Source: Tagaea sp. (GTDB lineage Bacteria > Pseudomonadota > Alphaproteobacteria > CACIAM-22H2). Taken from it: 64,000 nucleotides of DNA. How positions within the stretch are numbered: position 1 is the first letter of the stretch; each line of letters opens with the position of its first letter. This document shows positions 1 through 10,000 of the stretch, one piece after another. A program made the translations under genes and the position numbers. The DNA is taken from NCBI GenBank assembly GCA_965279525.1, contig CBDIIB010000005.1, forward strand, positions 960,001 to 1,024,000, given 5' to 3'. The notes beneath the pieces are model-generated. The model saw only the letters and a program-made list of their open reading frames with translations, was not told the origin of the DNA and ran no database searches.

Positions 1-444
1 GACGAGTTCGACGAACCGCGCGGCGAATGCATGTCCGATCTCGTCGAGCCCGATGTCGCTGTTGCCGTCGGCGACGCCTTGCGCGAGTTCGCCCAGCACC
101 ATCATCCCGGGCAGCGGCGGCAGGGCGCCGCTGCGCCACAGTTCCGCGCGATCGCCGAGGCCGGCCAGTGCTTCGCGCGACAGGCGGAAAGACAGGCACT
201 CGTCGCCGCACGCATGATGGTCGTGGGTGCAGACATATTCGTCGCCCGGATGGCCGGCCAGCACGGCACCGGCCACCAGCTCGTGCGTGCGGCCGCGATA
301 GCGGTAGCCGAAGCTGCCCCGGCGCACATACGCCAGCGACAGGCCGCGATGCTGCTCGGCGAAAGGCCGGGCACCGGGCCCCGCATCGCAGCGATAGTCC
401 GTCACCGTCATGAAGGCGGTCTCGATGAGGGTACGGACCTGCAT
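1..444 (-). CDS. AraC-family transcriptional regulator, N-terminal part (runs off window edge)
   Basis: Not in the ORF track. My translation from CAT at 442-444 is open to base 1 (MQVRTLIETAFMTVTDYRCDAGPGARPFAEQHRGLSLAYVRRGSFGY...EYVCTHDHH) and resembles an AraC cupin-like N-domain; the HTH would lie outside the window. Confidence 0.7.
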   Translation of the reverse strand, partial: MQVRTLIETAFMTVTDYRCDAGPGARPFAEQHRGLSLAYVRRGSFGYRYRGRTHELVAGAVLAGHPGDEYVCTHDHHACGDECLSFRLSREALAGLGDRAELWRSGALPPLPGMMVLGELAQGVADGNSDIGLDEIGHAFAARFVELV

Positions 445-445
445 G

Positions 446-1120
446 TCAGGACGCCGCGAGGAACTGGCGAAGATGCGGCAGCAGGCTTGCGACGATTTTA
501 TCGACGCCGGCGGGATTGGGGTGGATCCCGTCGGCCTGGTTCAGTGCCGGGTCGGCCGCCACGCCTTCGAGGAAGAAGGGATAGAGCGCCGCCTTGTGCT
601 TCTGGGCCACGCGCGGATAGACGGCCTTGAAGCGGCCGGAATAGTCGCTGCCCATGTTGGGCGGGGCCAGCATGCCGGCCAGCATCACGCGGCTGCCGCG
701 CGCGGCCAGCTTCTCGACGATGCGGTCGAGATTGCGCTCCATCGCGTCCACGTCGAGGCCACGCAACCCGTCATTGGCCCCCAGCGCCACGAACGCGAAC
801 TCGGGCGCCTTGTCGCCGAGCGCCCAGTCGAGACGTGCGAGACCGCCGGCACTCGTGTCGCCCGACACGCCGGCATTGACGATCTCGACGGCAAGACCGG
901 CCTCGCGCAAGGCCGCTTCGAGCTTCGCCGGGAACGCCAGCGAGGCCGGCAGGCCGTAGCCGGCGGTCAGGCTGTCGCCGAGCAGCAGCAGGCGGCGACG
1001 GGCCTGCGCACGCGCCTGAATAGGCCATGACAGGCAAAGACTTGCCGCACCCGCGTTGAAAAGAAGCCGGCGGCGACCATATGTTGAAGATCCCGGCACC
1101 GACCCTGAAAGCGAACGCAT
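446..1120 (-). CDS. tesA: arylesterase / acyl-CoA thioesterase I (SGNH/GDSL hydrolase)
   Basis: GDSLTAGYG, NAGVSGDT, GANDGLRG and DGIHPN motifs; divergent from a ybbA-like ABC gene. Start is uncertain. Confidence 0.88.
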   Translation of the reverse strand: MRSLSGSVPGSSTYGRRRLLFNAGAASLCLSWPIQARAQARRRLLLLGDSLTAGYGLPASLAFPAKLEAALREAGLAVEIVNAGVSGDTSAGGLARLDWALGDKAPEFAFVALGANDGLRGLDVDAMERNLDRIVEKLAARGSRVMLAGMLAPPNMGSDYSGRFKAVYPRVAQKHKAALYPFFLEGVAADPALNQADGIHPNPAGVDKIVASLLPHLRQFLAAS

Positions 1121-1829
1121 GTCCGTTGCTCCTGCCGCCCCGATCGTCGAATTGCGCGACGTCCACCTGAAGTTGGCGAGCCAGGCGGGTGAGGTCAATA
1201 TCCTGCGCGGGGTCGATCTTGCAATGATGCCGGGCGAAAGCCTTGCGGTCGTCGGCCCATCCGGTTCGGGCAAGTCGACAATGATGATGATCGTCGCCGG
1301 TCTCGAGCGGCCCACGCAAGGCAGCGTGCGCGTCGCCGGACAGGATCTGGGAACGCTCGACGAGGACGGTCTGGCCCTGTTCCGCCGGCGCAATGTCGGC
1401 ATCGTCTTCCAGGCCTTCCACCTGATCCCGACGATGACCGCGCTTGAAAACGTCGCGATCCCGCTGGAGTTCGCCGGCGATGCCGACGCGTGGGACAAGG
1501 CGCGCGCGGCACTCGACTCGGTCGGGCTTTCGCACAGGACCACGCATTATCCCGGCCAGATGTCGGGCGGCGAGCAGCAGCGCACGGCGCTTGCGCGCGC
1601 CTTCGTGGCCCAGCCGGCCCTGCTGCTGGCCGACGAGCCCACCGGCAATCTGGATGCGACGACCGGCCATTCGATCGTCGACCTGATGTTCGACCTCAAA
1701 GACCGGCTCGGCACCGCCCTGCTGCTGATCACGCACGACGCGAAGCTCGCCGCCCGCTGCGGGCGGGCCGTGCGCATGGACGACGGCAAGCTTTCGCCGG
1801 CACCCGCCCTGATGTCGGCCGCCCAGTGA
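1119..1829 (+). CDS. ybbA: ABC transporter ATP-binding protein (YbbA/LolD-like)
   Basis: Walker A GPSGSGKST, signature MSGGEQQR, ADEPTGNLD, H-loop ITHD. Confidence 0.9.
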   Translation: MSVAPAAPIVELRDVHLKLASQAGEVNILRGVDLAMMPGESLAVVGPSGSGKSTMMMIVAGLERPTQGSVRVAGQDLGTLDEDGLALFRRRNVGIVFQAFHLIPTMTALENVAIPLEFAGDADAWDKARAALDSVGLSHRTTHYPGQMSGGEQQRTALARAFVAQPALLLADEPTGNLDATTGHSIVDLMFDLKDRLGTALLLITHDAKLAARCGRAVRMDDGKLSPAPALMSAAQ

Positions 1830-4357
1830 CGCCGGCTGCCGACCGCTATCCGCTCGCCTGGACGCTTGCCGGGCGCGAGCTGCGCGGCGGCATCAAGGGA
1901 TTCCGCGTGTTCATGGCCTGCCTGATGCTGGGCGTGGCCGCCATCGCGGGCGTGGGGTCGCTTGCCGAGGGCGTGCGCGAAGCGCTGCGCCAGAACGCGC
2001 GTCTGCTGCTGGGCGGCGACGTCGAGCTTTCCTTCACGCACCGCACGACCACGCCCGAACAGCTCGCCTTCCTGACCGCATCCGGCCGCGTGTCGCAGAT
2101 CCTCGAGATGCGCGCGATGGCGCGCACGGCAACCGAGCGCACGCTGGTGGAACTCAAAGCCGTCGACGGCGCCTATCCGCTGGTCGGCGACATTCGAGTT
2201 TCGGGTGCCGCCGACCTTGCCGCCGCGACGGCAAAGGACGCGCAAGGACGCTGGGGGGCCGCCGTCGAGCCGGCCACGCTGTCGCGCCTTTCGATCGCCA
2301 TCGGCGACACGATCGAGGTCGGCGACGGCACGTTCGTCGTGCGCGCGGCGGTCGAAGTCGAGCCGGACCGCTCGGCCAATCTTTTCACGCTGGGCCCGCG
2401 CGTGATGGTGTCGCGTGAAGCACTGGGTGACACGGGCCTCGAACAGCCGGGCGCCCTGATCCGCTACCAGTCGCGCATCGTGCTCGCCCCCGGCACGGAT
2501 CCCGTCGCCTGGATCGAAGCGCTGAAGGCGCGGTTTCCCGACGCCGGCTGGCGCATCCGCGGCGAGAGCGAGGCGGCCCCCGGCCTGCAGCGCTGGATCG
2601 ACCGGATCGCGATGTTCCTGACGCTCGTCGGGCTGACCTCGCTGCTCGTCGGCGGCGTGGGCGTGGCCAACGCGGTGCGCAGCTATCTGGAAAGCCGCAC
2701 GGCGACCATCGCGACGATCAAGTGCCTGGGCGCACCGGGCCGGCTCGTGCTGCGGCTCTATTTGATCCAGATCCTCGCTTTGGCCGTCCTTGGCATCCTT
2801 GCGGGGCTGGCGCTCGGTGCACTTGTCCCGACGGTCGTGGCACCCTTGCTTGCCGAACGCCTGAGCCTTGAAGCGCGCGGCGGGATCTATCCGCTGCCGC
2901 TGCTGATGGCGACGGGCTTCGGGCTGCTGACGGCCCTTGCCTTCACGCTGTGGCCGCTGGCGCGCGCGCGCGAAGTGCCGCCGGCTGCACTTTTCCGCGA
3001 TCTGGTGGCGCCGGTCCGGCGCTGGCCGCGCACCGAATACGTGATCTACACCGCCGCTGCCGTGCTGGCCCTTGCCGCACTTGCCATCGTCACGTCGATC
3101 GACCGGAAGCTCGGCGCGGGGTTCTGTGCCGCCGCGATCGTCACCTTCGTGATCTTCCGGGGTGCCGCCTGGCTGATCGCGTGGATGGCGCGCCGTCTCG
3201 GGCATGTGCGCAACCCCGCACTGCGGCTCGCACTCGCCAACATGCACCGGCCGGGCAGCCCGACGCCGGGGATCGTGCTGTCGCTCGGGCTTGGTCTCAC
3301 CGTGCTCGTGCTGATCGCGCAGGTGCAGGGCAATTTCGCACGCCAGCTCGCCGAACAGCTGCCGCAGATGGCGCCGTCGTTCTTCTTCATCGACATCCAG
3401 CCCGACCAGATCGTCGCGTTTGACGCGCTCGTCGAGAAGCATCCCGGTGTGGGCGAGGTGCGGCAGGTGCCTTCGTTGCGCGGTCGCATCGTGCGGCTCA
3501 ACGGCGTGCCGGTCGAGCAGGTCGAGATCGCCCCCGACGCGCGCTGGGCGATCGGTTCGGACCGCGGGCTTACCTATACCGGGCCGATGCCGGCGGGCAC
3601 GCGGCTGGTCGCCGGAGAATGGTGGCCGGCGAACTATGCCGGCCCGCCGCTCGTTTCGTTTGACGCGCAGATCGCCAAGGGCATGGGGCTGGGCGTGGGC
3701 GACACGATCACGATCAACGTGCTGGGTCGCGAGATGGAAGCACGAATCGCCAACCTGCGCGCCATCGACTGGACGAGCCTGGGCATCAATTTCACGCTGA
3801 CCTTCGCGCCGGGCATGCTCGAAGGCGCCCCGCAGACCTGGATCGCGACGGCACAGGTCGAAGGGGCCGACGAGGACGCGCTCGAGCGCGCCGTCACCGC
3901 CGCCTTCCCGAACGTGTCGTCGATCCGCGTCAAGCGGGCGCTCGCCACCGCCCGTCAGACAGTCACCGGGATCGCCACGGCCGCGCGCGTCACGGCCGCG
4001 ATCACGCTGGTGGCCGGCACGCTGGTGCTGGCTGGCGCCATCCTCGCCACGCAGCGCCGGCGCACCTACGACGCGGTCGTGCTCAAGGTGCTGGGTGCGC
4101 GCCGACGCGACATCATGCGCGCCCTGCTGACCGAGTTCGCGCTCACCGGGGCGGCCGCCGCGACCGTCGCCGCGATCATCGGCACGGCCTGTGCGGCCCT
4201 GCTGATCGGCATCTACATGCGCATCGATTTCGTCGTGCTGCCGGGCACGCTGGCAGCCACCATCGCGGGTGCGGCCCTCGCCGTCGCCCTGCTGGGCCTC
4301 GCCGGGACCTGGCGCGCCCTTGGCCAGAAAGCGGCCCCGCTGCTGCGCAACGCCTGA
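1826..4357 (+). CDS. ybbP: ABC transporter permease, FtsX-like (YbbP)
   Basis: GTG start overlaps the upstream stop (GTGA); LLGGD, PSFFFIDIQPDQ and IDWTSLGINF motifs; two FtsX-type TM bundles. Confidence 0.88.
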   Translation: MTPAADRYPLAWTLAGRELRGGIKGFRVFMACLMLGVAAIAGVGSLAEGVREALRQNARLLLGGDVELSFTHRTTTPEQLAFLTASGRVSQILEMRAMARTATERTLVELKAVDGAYPLVGDIRVSGAADLAAATAKDAQGRWGAAVEPATLSRLSIAIGDTIEVGDGTFVVRAAVEVEPDRSANLFTLGPRVMVSREALGDTGLEQPGALIRYQSRIVLAPGTDPVAWIEALKARFPDAGWRIRGESEAAPGLQRWIDRIAMFLTLVGLTSLLVGGVGVANAVRSYLESRTATIATIKCLGAPGRLVLRLYLIQILALAVLGILAGLALGALVPTVVAPLLAERLSLEARGGIYPLPLLMATGFGLLTALAFTLWPLARAREVPPAALFRDLVAPVRRWPRTEYVIYTAAAVLALAALAIVTSIDRKLGAGFCAAAIVTFVIFRGAAWLIAWMARRLGHVRNPALRLALANMHRPGSPTPGIVLSLGLGLTVLVLIAQVQGNFARQLAEQLPQMAPSFFFIDIQPDQIVAFDALVEKHPGVGEVRQVPSLRGRIVRLNGVPVEQVEIAPDARWAIGSDRGLTYTGPMPAGTRLVAGEWWPANYAGPPLVSFDAQIAKGMGLGVGDTITINVLGREMEARIANLRAIDWTSLGINFTLTFAPGMLEGAPQTWIATAQVEGADEDALERAVTAAFPNVSSIRVKRALATARQTVTGIATAARVTAAITLVAGTLVLAGAILATQRRRTYDAVVLKVLGARRRDIMRALLTEFALTGAAAATVAAIIGTACAALLIGIYMRIDFVVLPGTLAATIAGAALAVALLGLAGTWRALGQKAAPLLRNA

Positions 4358-4527
4358 CCAAGGCGCATTTCACACCCGATTTCCGTAATAAGACGCTGAA
4401 AAGCCATATTTATCAGTCGGAATGGCGATATCCGGGATATTGAATTCCGGGGCAGGAGCCCCCATTATCCTGTCAGTCCGGTTCCGGCATCCGCCGGGTC
4501 CGTAAATTTTCTGGGAGCCAGATACCC

Positions 4528-5244
4528 ATGTATGAGACCGAAAGACAGTATATGCCGCGCGCCGGCGTCGATGCCGCGGCATTCGACGAAGGGCTGCGCA
4601 GCTATATGCTCGGCATCTACAACTACATGGCTTCGGCCGTGGCGTTGTCGGGCATCGTGGCTTTCCTGGTCGCCGGTTCGCCGGCGGTCTCGCAGCTGCT
4701 CTTCGGCACCCCGCTGAAGTGGGTCGTGATGCTCGCCCCGCTCGGCTTCGTGATGCTGATGTCGTTCCGCTTCGAGAAGATGTCGAAGCCGGTGCTGCTG
4801 GCGATGTTCTGGGTGTTCGCGGCCCTGATGGGTGCGTCGATGGCGGCGATCCTGATGGTCTTCACGGGTGCGTCGGTCGCGCGCGCCTTCTTCATCGCGG
4901 CCGGCATGTTCGCCGGTGTCAGCATCTACGGCTACACGACCAAGGCTGACCTGACGAAGTTCTCGACCTTCCTGATCATGGGCCTGATCGGCCTCGTGGT
5001 CGCGAGCCTGGTCAACATCTTCGTCCAGTCGTCGATGATGCAGTTCGTCATCTCGGCGGTGTCGGTGCTGGTGTTCTGCGGCCTGACGGCATGGGACACG
5101 CAGCGCCTCAAGGACACCTACGCCGAGGCGGCAGGCACGGAGATGGAAGGCAAGCTCGCCGTGATGGGCGCGCTCTCGCTGTACCTCAACTTCGTGAACC
5201 TGTTCCAGGCGCTCGTGCATCTGGTCGGCAACAAGGAAGAGTAG
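4528..5244 (+). CDS. Bax inhibitor-1/YccA family membrane protein
   Basis: DEGLRSYMLGIYNYM, YGYTTKADL, AWDTQRLK, GALSLYLNFVNLF; about 7 TM helices. Confidence 0.92.
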   Translation: MYETERQYMPRAGVDAAAFDEGLRSYMLGIYNYMASAVALSGIVAFLVAGSPAVSQLLFGTPLKWVVMLAPLGFVMLMSFRFEKMSKPVLLAMFWVFAALMGASMAAILMVFTGASVARAFFIAAGMFAGVSIYGYTTKADLTKFSTFLIMGLIGLVVASLVNIFVQSSMMQFVISAVSVLVFCGLTAWDTQRLKDTYAEAAGTEMEGKLAVMGALSLYLNFVNLFQALVHLVGNKEE

Positions 5245-5271
5245 TTCGTCCGACCTTCGGGTCGCCGATCG

Positions 5272-5303
5272 AGCCCCGGACCGGAAACGGTCCGGGGCTT
5301 TTT
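5272..5303 (+). terminator. Rho-independent terminator
   Basis: AGCCCCGGACCG-GAAA-CGGTCCGGGGCT followed by TTTT. Confidence 0.85.
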
Positions 5304-5462
5304 CGTTTCCATACCAATGTATGAATTGCCGGGCGCGACGCCCGATCACGTACAACAATAGTATGTATTCGAATTTTTATGCGTCCTCCGGGAGAAACCT
5401 TCCGGTAATACTCTTTCCGTAGAGTCGCCCGCGATCCATCCCGTCGCGAGAGAGACATCCGG

Positions 5463-6983
5463 ATGCGAAAGGACGAAGACATGTTCCCCCTGTTCGGTTC
5501 CTTCGAGGCCCAGGCCACGCTCGCCGCCCTCGACAGGTCGCTTGCGGTCATCGAGTTCGAACCGGACGGCACGATCGTGCGCGCGAACGACAATTTCCTG
5601 AAGACGATGGGCTATGCACCGGACGATGTGAAAGGCCGGCATCACGGCATGTTCGTCGAGGCCGGCTATCGCGACAGTGCCGAATACCGGGAGTTCTGGG
5701 AAAGCCTGCGCCGGGGCGAGCACAAGCGCGCGCAGTTCAGGCGGATCGGCAAGGACGGGCGCGAAGTGTGGATCGAGGCGACTTACAATCCGGTCCTTGG
5801 CCGGAACGGCACGCCGTTCAAGATCGTCAAGTTCGCGACCGACGCGAGTGCCGCCAAGAGCGAGTATGCGGATCTACTCGGCAAGGTGAATGCCATCGGC
5901 CGGTCGCAGGCGACGATCGAATTCAACCCGGATGGCACGATCATCACCGCCAACGAGAATTTCCTCGCCGTGCTCGGCTACACGCTCGACGAGATCCGCG
6001 GCAAGCACCACGGCATGTTTGTCGATCCGGCAGAGCGTGCGGGCGCCGCGTACCGCGAGTTCTGGGCCGCCCTCAATCGCGGCGAGTTCCGCGCCGCGCA
6101 ATATCGCCGCATCGGCAAGGGCAGCAGGGAGATCTGGATCGAGGCGTCCTATAACCCGATCTTCGATCTCAACGGCAGGCTCGTGAAGGTCGTGAAGTTC
6201 GCGACCGACCTGTCGAAGCGCAAGGAAGCCAACGCCAAGCTCGCCGCCGACTTCGAAACCGGCGTCAAGGCGCTGGCCGGCACGGTCGGCGGATCGGCCG
6301 GCGAGCTGGAAGTCACCGCCCAGTCGCTCGCGGCCGCCGCTGACCAGACGAACCAGCAATCCTCCATGGTCGCGACCGCGTCCGAGCAGCTGACGTCGTC
6401 CGTCGGCGAGATATCCCGCCAGCTGGCCGAAGCCACGAAGGTGATCGATGTCGCGGTCGAAGAATCCGAGAGGTCGAACCGGATGGTGCGCGACCTGGTC
6501 GGGATCGCCGAGCGGATCGGCGAGGTGACCAAGATGATCGCCCAGATCGCCAACCAGACGAACCTGCTGGCGCTCAACGCGACGATCGAGGCCGCGCGCG
6601 CCGGCGATGCCGGCAAGGGCTTCGCGGTCGTGGCATCCGAAGTGAAATCGCTGGCCAACCAGACGGCCAAGGCGACCGACGAGATCTCCGAGCAGATCGG
6701 CGCCATCCAGTCGTCCAGCAAATCGACCGCCGACGCGATCGGCGAGATCGCGCGCGTCATCACGCGCATCAGCGAGGTCAATACCTCGATCTCGGGCGCC
6801 ATCGAGGAACAGTCGGTCGCCACGCGCGAAGTCTCGTCGAACATCGCCGGTGTGCAGCAGGCTGCCGAAGCGACCGGGCGCTCGTCGACAGGCGTCCTCG
6901 AATCCTCCCGGGCCTTGAAATCGCAGGCGGCGGAGCTGGCGACCCGCGTCGACGGGTTCCTTGCCAGCGTCCGGTCGATGTAG
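5463..6983 (+). CDS. soluble methyl-accepting chemotaxis protein with two PAS domains (BdlA-like)
   Basis: Two PAS/PAC repeats (IEF.PDGTI..AN.NFL; WIEA.YNP) plus the MCP hairpin [31 protein letters not shown]; no TM segment. Confidence 0.92.
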   Translation: MRKDEDMFPLFGSFEAQATLAALDRSLAVIEFEPDGTIVRANDNFLKTMGYAPDDVKGRHHGMFVEAGYRDSAEYREFWESLRRGEHKRAQFRRIGKDGREVWIEATYNPVLGRNGTPFKIVKFATDASAAKSEYADLLGKVNAIGRSQATIEFNPDGTIITANENFLAVLGYTLDEIRGKHHGMFVDPAERAGAAYREFWAALNRGEFRAAQYRRIGKGSREIWIEASYNPIFDLNGRLVKVVKFATDLSKRKEANAKLAADFETGVKALAGTVGGSAGELEVTAQSLAAAADQTNQQSSMVATASEQLTSSVGEISRQLAEATKVIDVAVEESERSNRMVRDLVGIAERIGEVTKMIAQIANQTNLLALNATIEAARAGDAGKGFAVVASEVKSLANQTAKATDEISEQIGAIQSSSKSTADAIGEIARVITRISEVNTSISGAIEEQSVATREVSSNIAGVQQAAEATGRSSTGVLESSRALKSQAAELATRVDGFLASVRSM

Positions 6984-6990
6984 CCTCGCG

Positions 6991-8118
6991 TCAACCCATC
7001 CAGAGGATCTGGCGGACGACGTCGCCGGCGGCAAGCCGGTCGAAGGCCTCGTTGAGACCGTCGAGGCCGATCCGGTCGCTCATCAGGCGATCGACCGGCA
7101 GCTTTCCGCGCCGCCACAGTTCGACATAGCGCGGGATGTCGCGCAGCGGCACCGCACCGCCGACATACGAGCCCTTCACGGTGCGTTCCTCGGCGACGAG
7201 GCTGACCGGCGACAGCGACCACATGTGCGATGGATTGGGCAGGCCTGCGGTGACGGTCGTGCCGCCGCGCCGCGTGATCCGGTAGGCAAGCTCCATCGCC
7301 TTGACCGAGCCGGCCATCTCGAACGCGTGATCCACGCCGCCGGGAACAAGTGCTTTCACGCGCTCGGCGGCATCCGCCTCGCGCGCGTCGACCGCGTCGG
7401 TGGCCCCCAGCTGACGGGCAAGCTCGAGCTTGCGCGGATCGAGATCGACCGCGACGATGGCGCGCGCACCTGCCGCGTTGGCACCCAGCAGCGCATTCAG
7501 ACCGACTCCGCCAAGGCCCACCACCGCGACGCTGTCGCCGGCCTGAACCCGCGCGGTGTTGACGACGGCACCCACGCCGGTCAGCACCGCGCAGCCGAAC
7601 AGGGCCGCCACATCGAGCGGCACGGACCTGTCGATGCGGATCGCGGAACGGCGCGAGATGACTGCCTGCTCGGCGAAGGCCGAAACACCGAGATGATGGT
7701 TGAGGGCCGTGCCATCGCGCGCGATGCGCCGCGCACCCGACAGCAGCGTGCCCGCCCCGTTGGCCTTGGCCCCCGGCTCGCACAAGGCCGGCCGTCCTTC
7801 GGCGCACGGCAGACAGCAGCCGCACGACGGCACGAAGACCATAACGACATGGTCGCCGACCGACAGGTCGTCGACGCCGACACCCAGCTCTTCGACGATG
7901 CCCGCCGCCTCGTGGCCCAGCGCCATCGGCATGACACGCGGCCGGTCGCCGTTGATGACGGAGAGGTCCGAATGGCAGAGGCCTGCCGCGACGATGCGCA
8001 CGCGGATCTCGCCAGATCCCGGCGGGGACAGCTCTATCGATTCGATCCTGAGCGGCTTGCTCGCCGTGTAGGGGCGGGACGCGCCCATCGATTCGAGAAT
8101 TGCTGCACGGACACGCAT
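6991..8118 (-). CDS. zinc-dependent alcohol dehydrogenase
   Basis: GLCHSD, GHEAAG, structural Zn CGCCLPC...C, GLGGVG Rossmann motif. Confidence 0.92.
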   Translation of the reverse strand: MRVRAAILESMGASRPYTASKPLRIESIELSPPGSGEIRVRIVAAGLCHSDLSVINGDRPRVMPMALGHEAAGIVEELGVGVDDLSVGDHVVMVFVPSCGCCLPCAEGRPALCEPGAKANGAGTLLSGARRIARDGTALNHHLGVSAFAEQAVISRRSAIRIDRSVPLDVAALFGCAVLTGVGAVVNTARVQAGDSVAVVGLGGVGLNALLGANAAGARAIVAVDLDPRKLELARQLGATDAVDAREADAAERVKALVPGGVDHAFEMAGSVKAMELAYRITRRGGTTVTAGLPNPSHMWSLSPVSLVAEERTVKGSYVGGAVPLRDIPRYVELWRRGKLPVDRLMSDRIGLDGLNEAFDRLAAGDVVRQILWMG

Positions 8119-8142
8119 CGGTCCTCCCTTTCGGGAGGAAGG

Positions 8143-9468
8143 CTACCAGCCGATGGCCTTGGGAAGCCAGAGGGCGAGCGCCGGGAAATAGAAGACCAGC
8201 ACCAGGGCCACGAGCTGCAGCCCGATGAAGGTCCACACACCGCGATAGATGTCGTTGGTCGAGATTTCCGGCGGCGCCACGCCGCGCAGGAAGAAAAGCG
8301 CCCAGCCGAAGGGCGGAGTCAGGAAGCTCGTCTGCAGGTTCACGCAGATGAGCGTGGCGAGCCACACGAGATCGACACCTTCCTTGATGAAGATCGGCAG
8401 GAACAGCGGCACGGCGATGTAGCTGATCTCGATCCACTCGATGAAGAAGCCGAGCACGAAGATGATCGCCATCATGAACCAGATGCCGGCATCCACGCCG
8501 CCGGGCAGGGCCGCGAACATGTCCTCGACCAGCTTCTCGCCCTGCAGGCCGCGGAAGGCGAGCGCGAAGACCTGCGCGCACATCAAGATGAACATCATCA
8601 TGGCGGTAATCTTGGTCGTGGTCGTCACGGTGTCGCGCAGCACCGCGAACGAGAAACGCCGGCCCAGCGACGTCACGACGATGGCACCGAGTGCCCCCAT
8701 CGACGCGGCTTCGGTCGGGGCCGCGATGCCGGCGATGATCGAGCCGAGCACGGCCACGACCAGACCCAGCGGCGGGGCGACGACGCGCAGCAGCTTTTTC
8801 CACAGTTCCTTGCGCGGCAGTGCGTCGAGCTCTTCCTGCGGGACGGCAGGCACCGAGCCGGGGCGGAAGACGCCCAGCAGCAGGATGTAGATGCAGAAGA
8901 TGCCGGCGAGCATCAGGCCCGGGATCATCGCGGCGGCGAACAGTGTGCCCACCGACTCGTTCAGGATGTCGGCAAGCAGGATCAGGATCAGCGACGGCGG
9001 GATGATCTGGCCAAGCGTGCCCGACGCACAGATGACGCCGCAGGCAAGGCCCTTGTCGTAGCCGCGGCGTAGGAGTGTGGGCAACGTGAGCAGGCCGAGC
9101 GTGACGACCGTGGCACCCACGATGCCGGTCGTGGCCCCCATCAGCACGCCGACGATCACGATGCCGATACCGAGCCCGCCGCGCAGCCGGCCGGCGAGAT
9201 GGCCGATCACGTCCATCAGGTCGATGGCCAGCTTCGATTTCTCCAGCATCACGCCCATGAACACGAACATCGGGATGGCGAGCATCGAATAGTTCGTGAT
9301 GACGCCGTAGAGCCGGTGCGGCAGCAAGTTGAACAGCATCGGCCCGAAGCCGAGCCAGCCGAAGACGAAGCCGGATATGGCAAGGGTCAGCCCGACCGGG
9401 ATGCCGATCATCAGCAGCGCGAAGAAGCTGACAAGCATCGCGATGGCGTAGATTTCGGTCAGCGGCAT
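8143..9468 (-). CDS. dctM: TRAP transporter large permease (DctM)
   Basis: Highly hydrophobic; GTLGQIIPPS and NLQTSFLTPPFG motifs. Confidence 0.92.
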   Translation of the reverse strand: MPLTEIYAIAMLVSFFALLMIGIPVGLTLAISGFVFGWLGFGPMLFNLLPHRLYGVITNYSMLAIPMFVFMGVMLEKSKLAIDLMDVIGHLAGRLRGGLGIGIVIVGVLMGATTGIVGATVVTLGLLTLPTLLRRGYDKGLACGVICASGTLGQIIPPSLILILLADILNESVGTLFAAAMIPGLMLAGIFCIYILLLGVFRPGSVPAVPQEELDALPRKELWKKLLRVVAPPLGLVVAVLGSIIAGIAAPTEAASMGALGAIVVTSLGRRFSFAVLRDTVTTTTKITAMMMFILMCAQVFALAFRGLQGEKLVEDMFAALPGGVDAGIWFMMAIIFVLGFFIEWIEISYIAVPLFLPIFIKEGVDLVWLATLICVNLQTSFLTPPFGWALFFLRGVAPPEISTNDIYRGVWTFIGLQLVALVLVFYFPALALWLPKAIGW

Positions 9469-9478
9469 GGGAGCGTGC

Positions 9479-10000
9479 TCAGGTGCGGCGGTAGAGGATC
9501 GCGTAGCGCGCGGCGAGTGCCGCGTACTGGAGCATCAGGATGGCGAAGCCCAGCGGGATGAAGGCTTTCAGCGCCCAGCGGAACGGCATGCCACCGGGAT
9601 TGGCCGAATCCTCCCACTGGCCCAGCGACTGCGCGACGTAGCCCCACGCGAGCCAGACGACGGTGAAGCTGACCAGCACGCCGGCGACGGCCGATGCGAA
9701 CTCGACCGCGAGCTTGCCGCGCGTTCCGTATTTCGCGAACAGCACGTCGACCCGCACGTGCTCGCCGTGCGCCAGCGCATACGACATGCCGAACAGGCAG
9801 ATCGGTGCCTGCAGATGCCACTCCAGCTCCTGCGCCCACACGGATCCGGTATTGAAGACGTACCGCGAAAGCACGTTGCCAGCCATCAGGCAGACCAGCA
9901 CGAACGTGGTCCACGCGGACCACCGGCCGATCTCCTCGACCAGCCGGTCGATCCGGCGGACCGCGGCGGGCATGCCCGCCGCGTCGTCGACAAGCGTCAC
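9479..10000 (-). CDS. dctQ: TRAP transporter small permease (DctQ)
   Basis: GTG start overlaps the dctP stop; QELEWHL, HVRVD and SANPGG motifs; 4 TM. Confidence 0.88.
   Translation of the reverse strand: MTLVDDAAGMPAAVRRIDRLVEEIGRWSAWTTFVLVCLMAGNVLSRYVFNTGSVWAQELEWHLQAPICLFGMSYALAHGEHVRVDVLFAKYGTRGKLAVEFASAVAGVLVSFTVVWLAWGYVAQSLGQWEDSANPGGMPFRWALKAFIPLGFAILMLQYAALAARYAILYRRT

Noticed and set aside
5463-6230. Internal repeat in the chemoreceptor gene
   Set aside because: It is an ordinary tandem PAS/PAC duplication typical of BdlA-like receptors.
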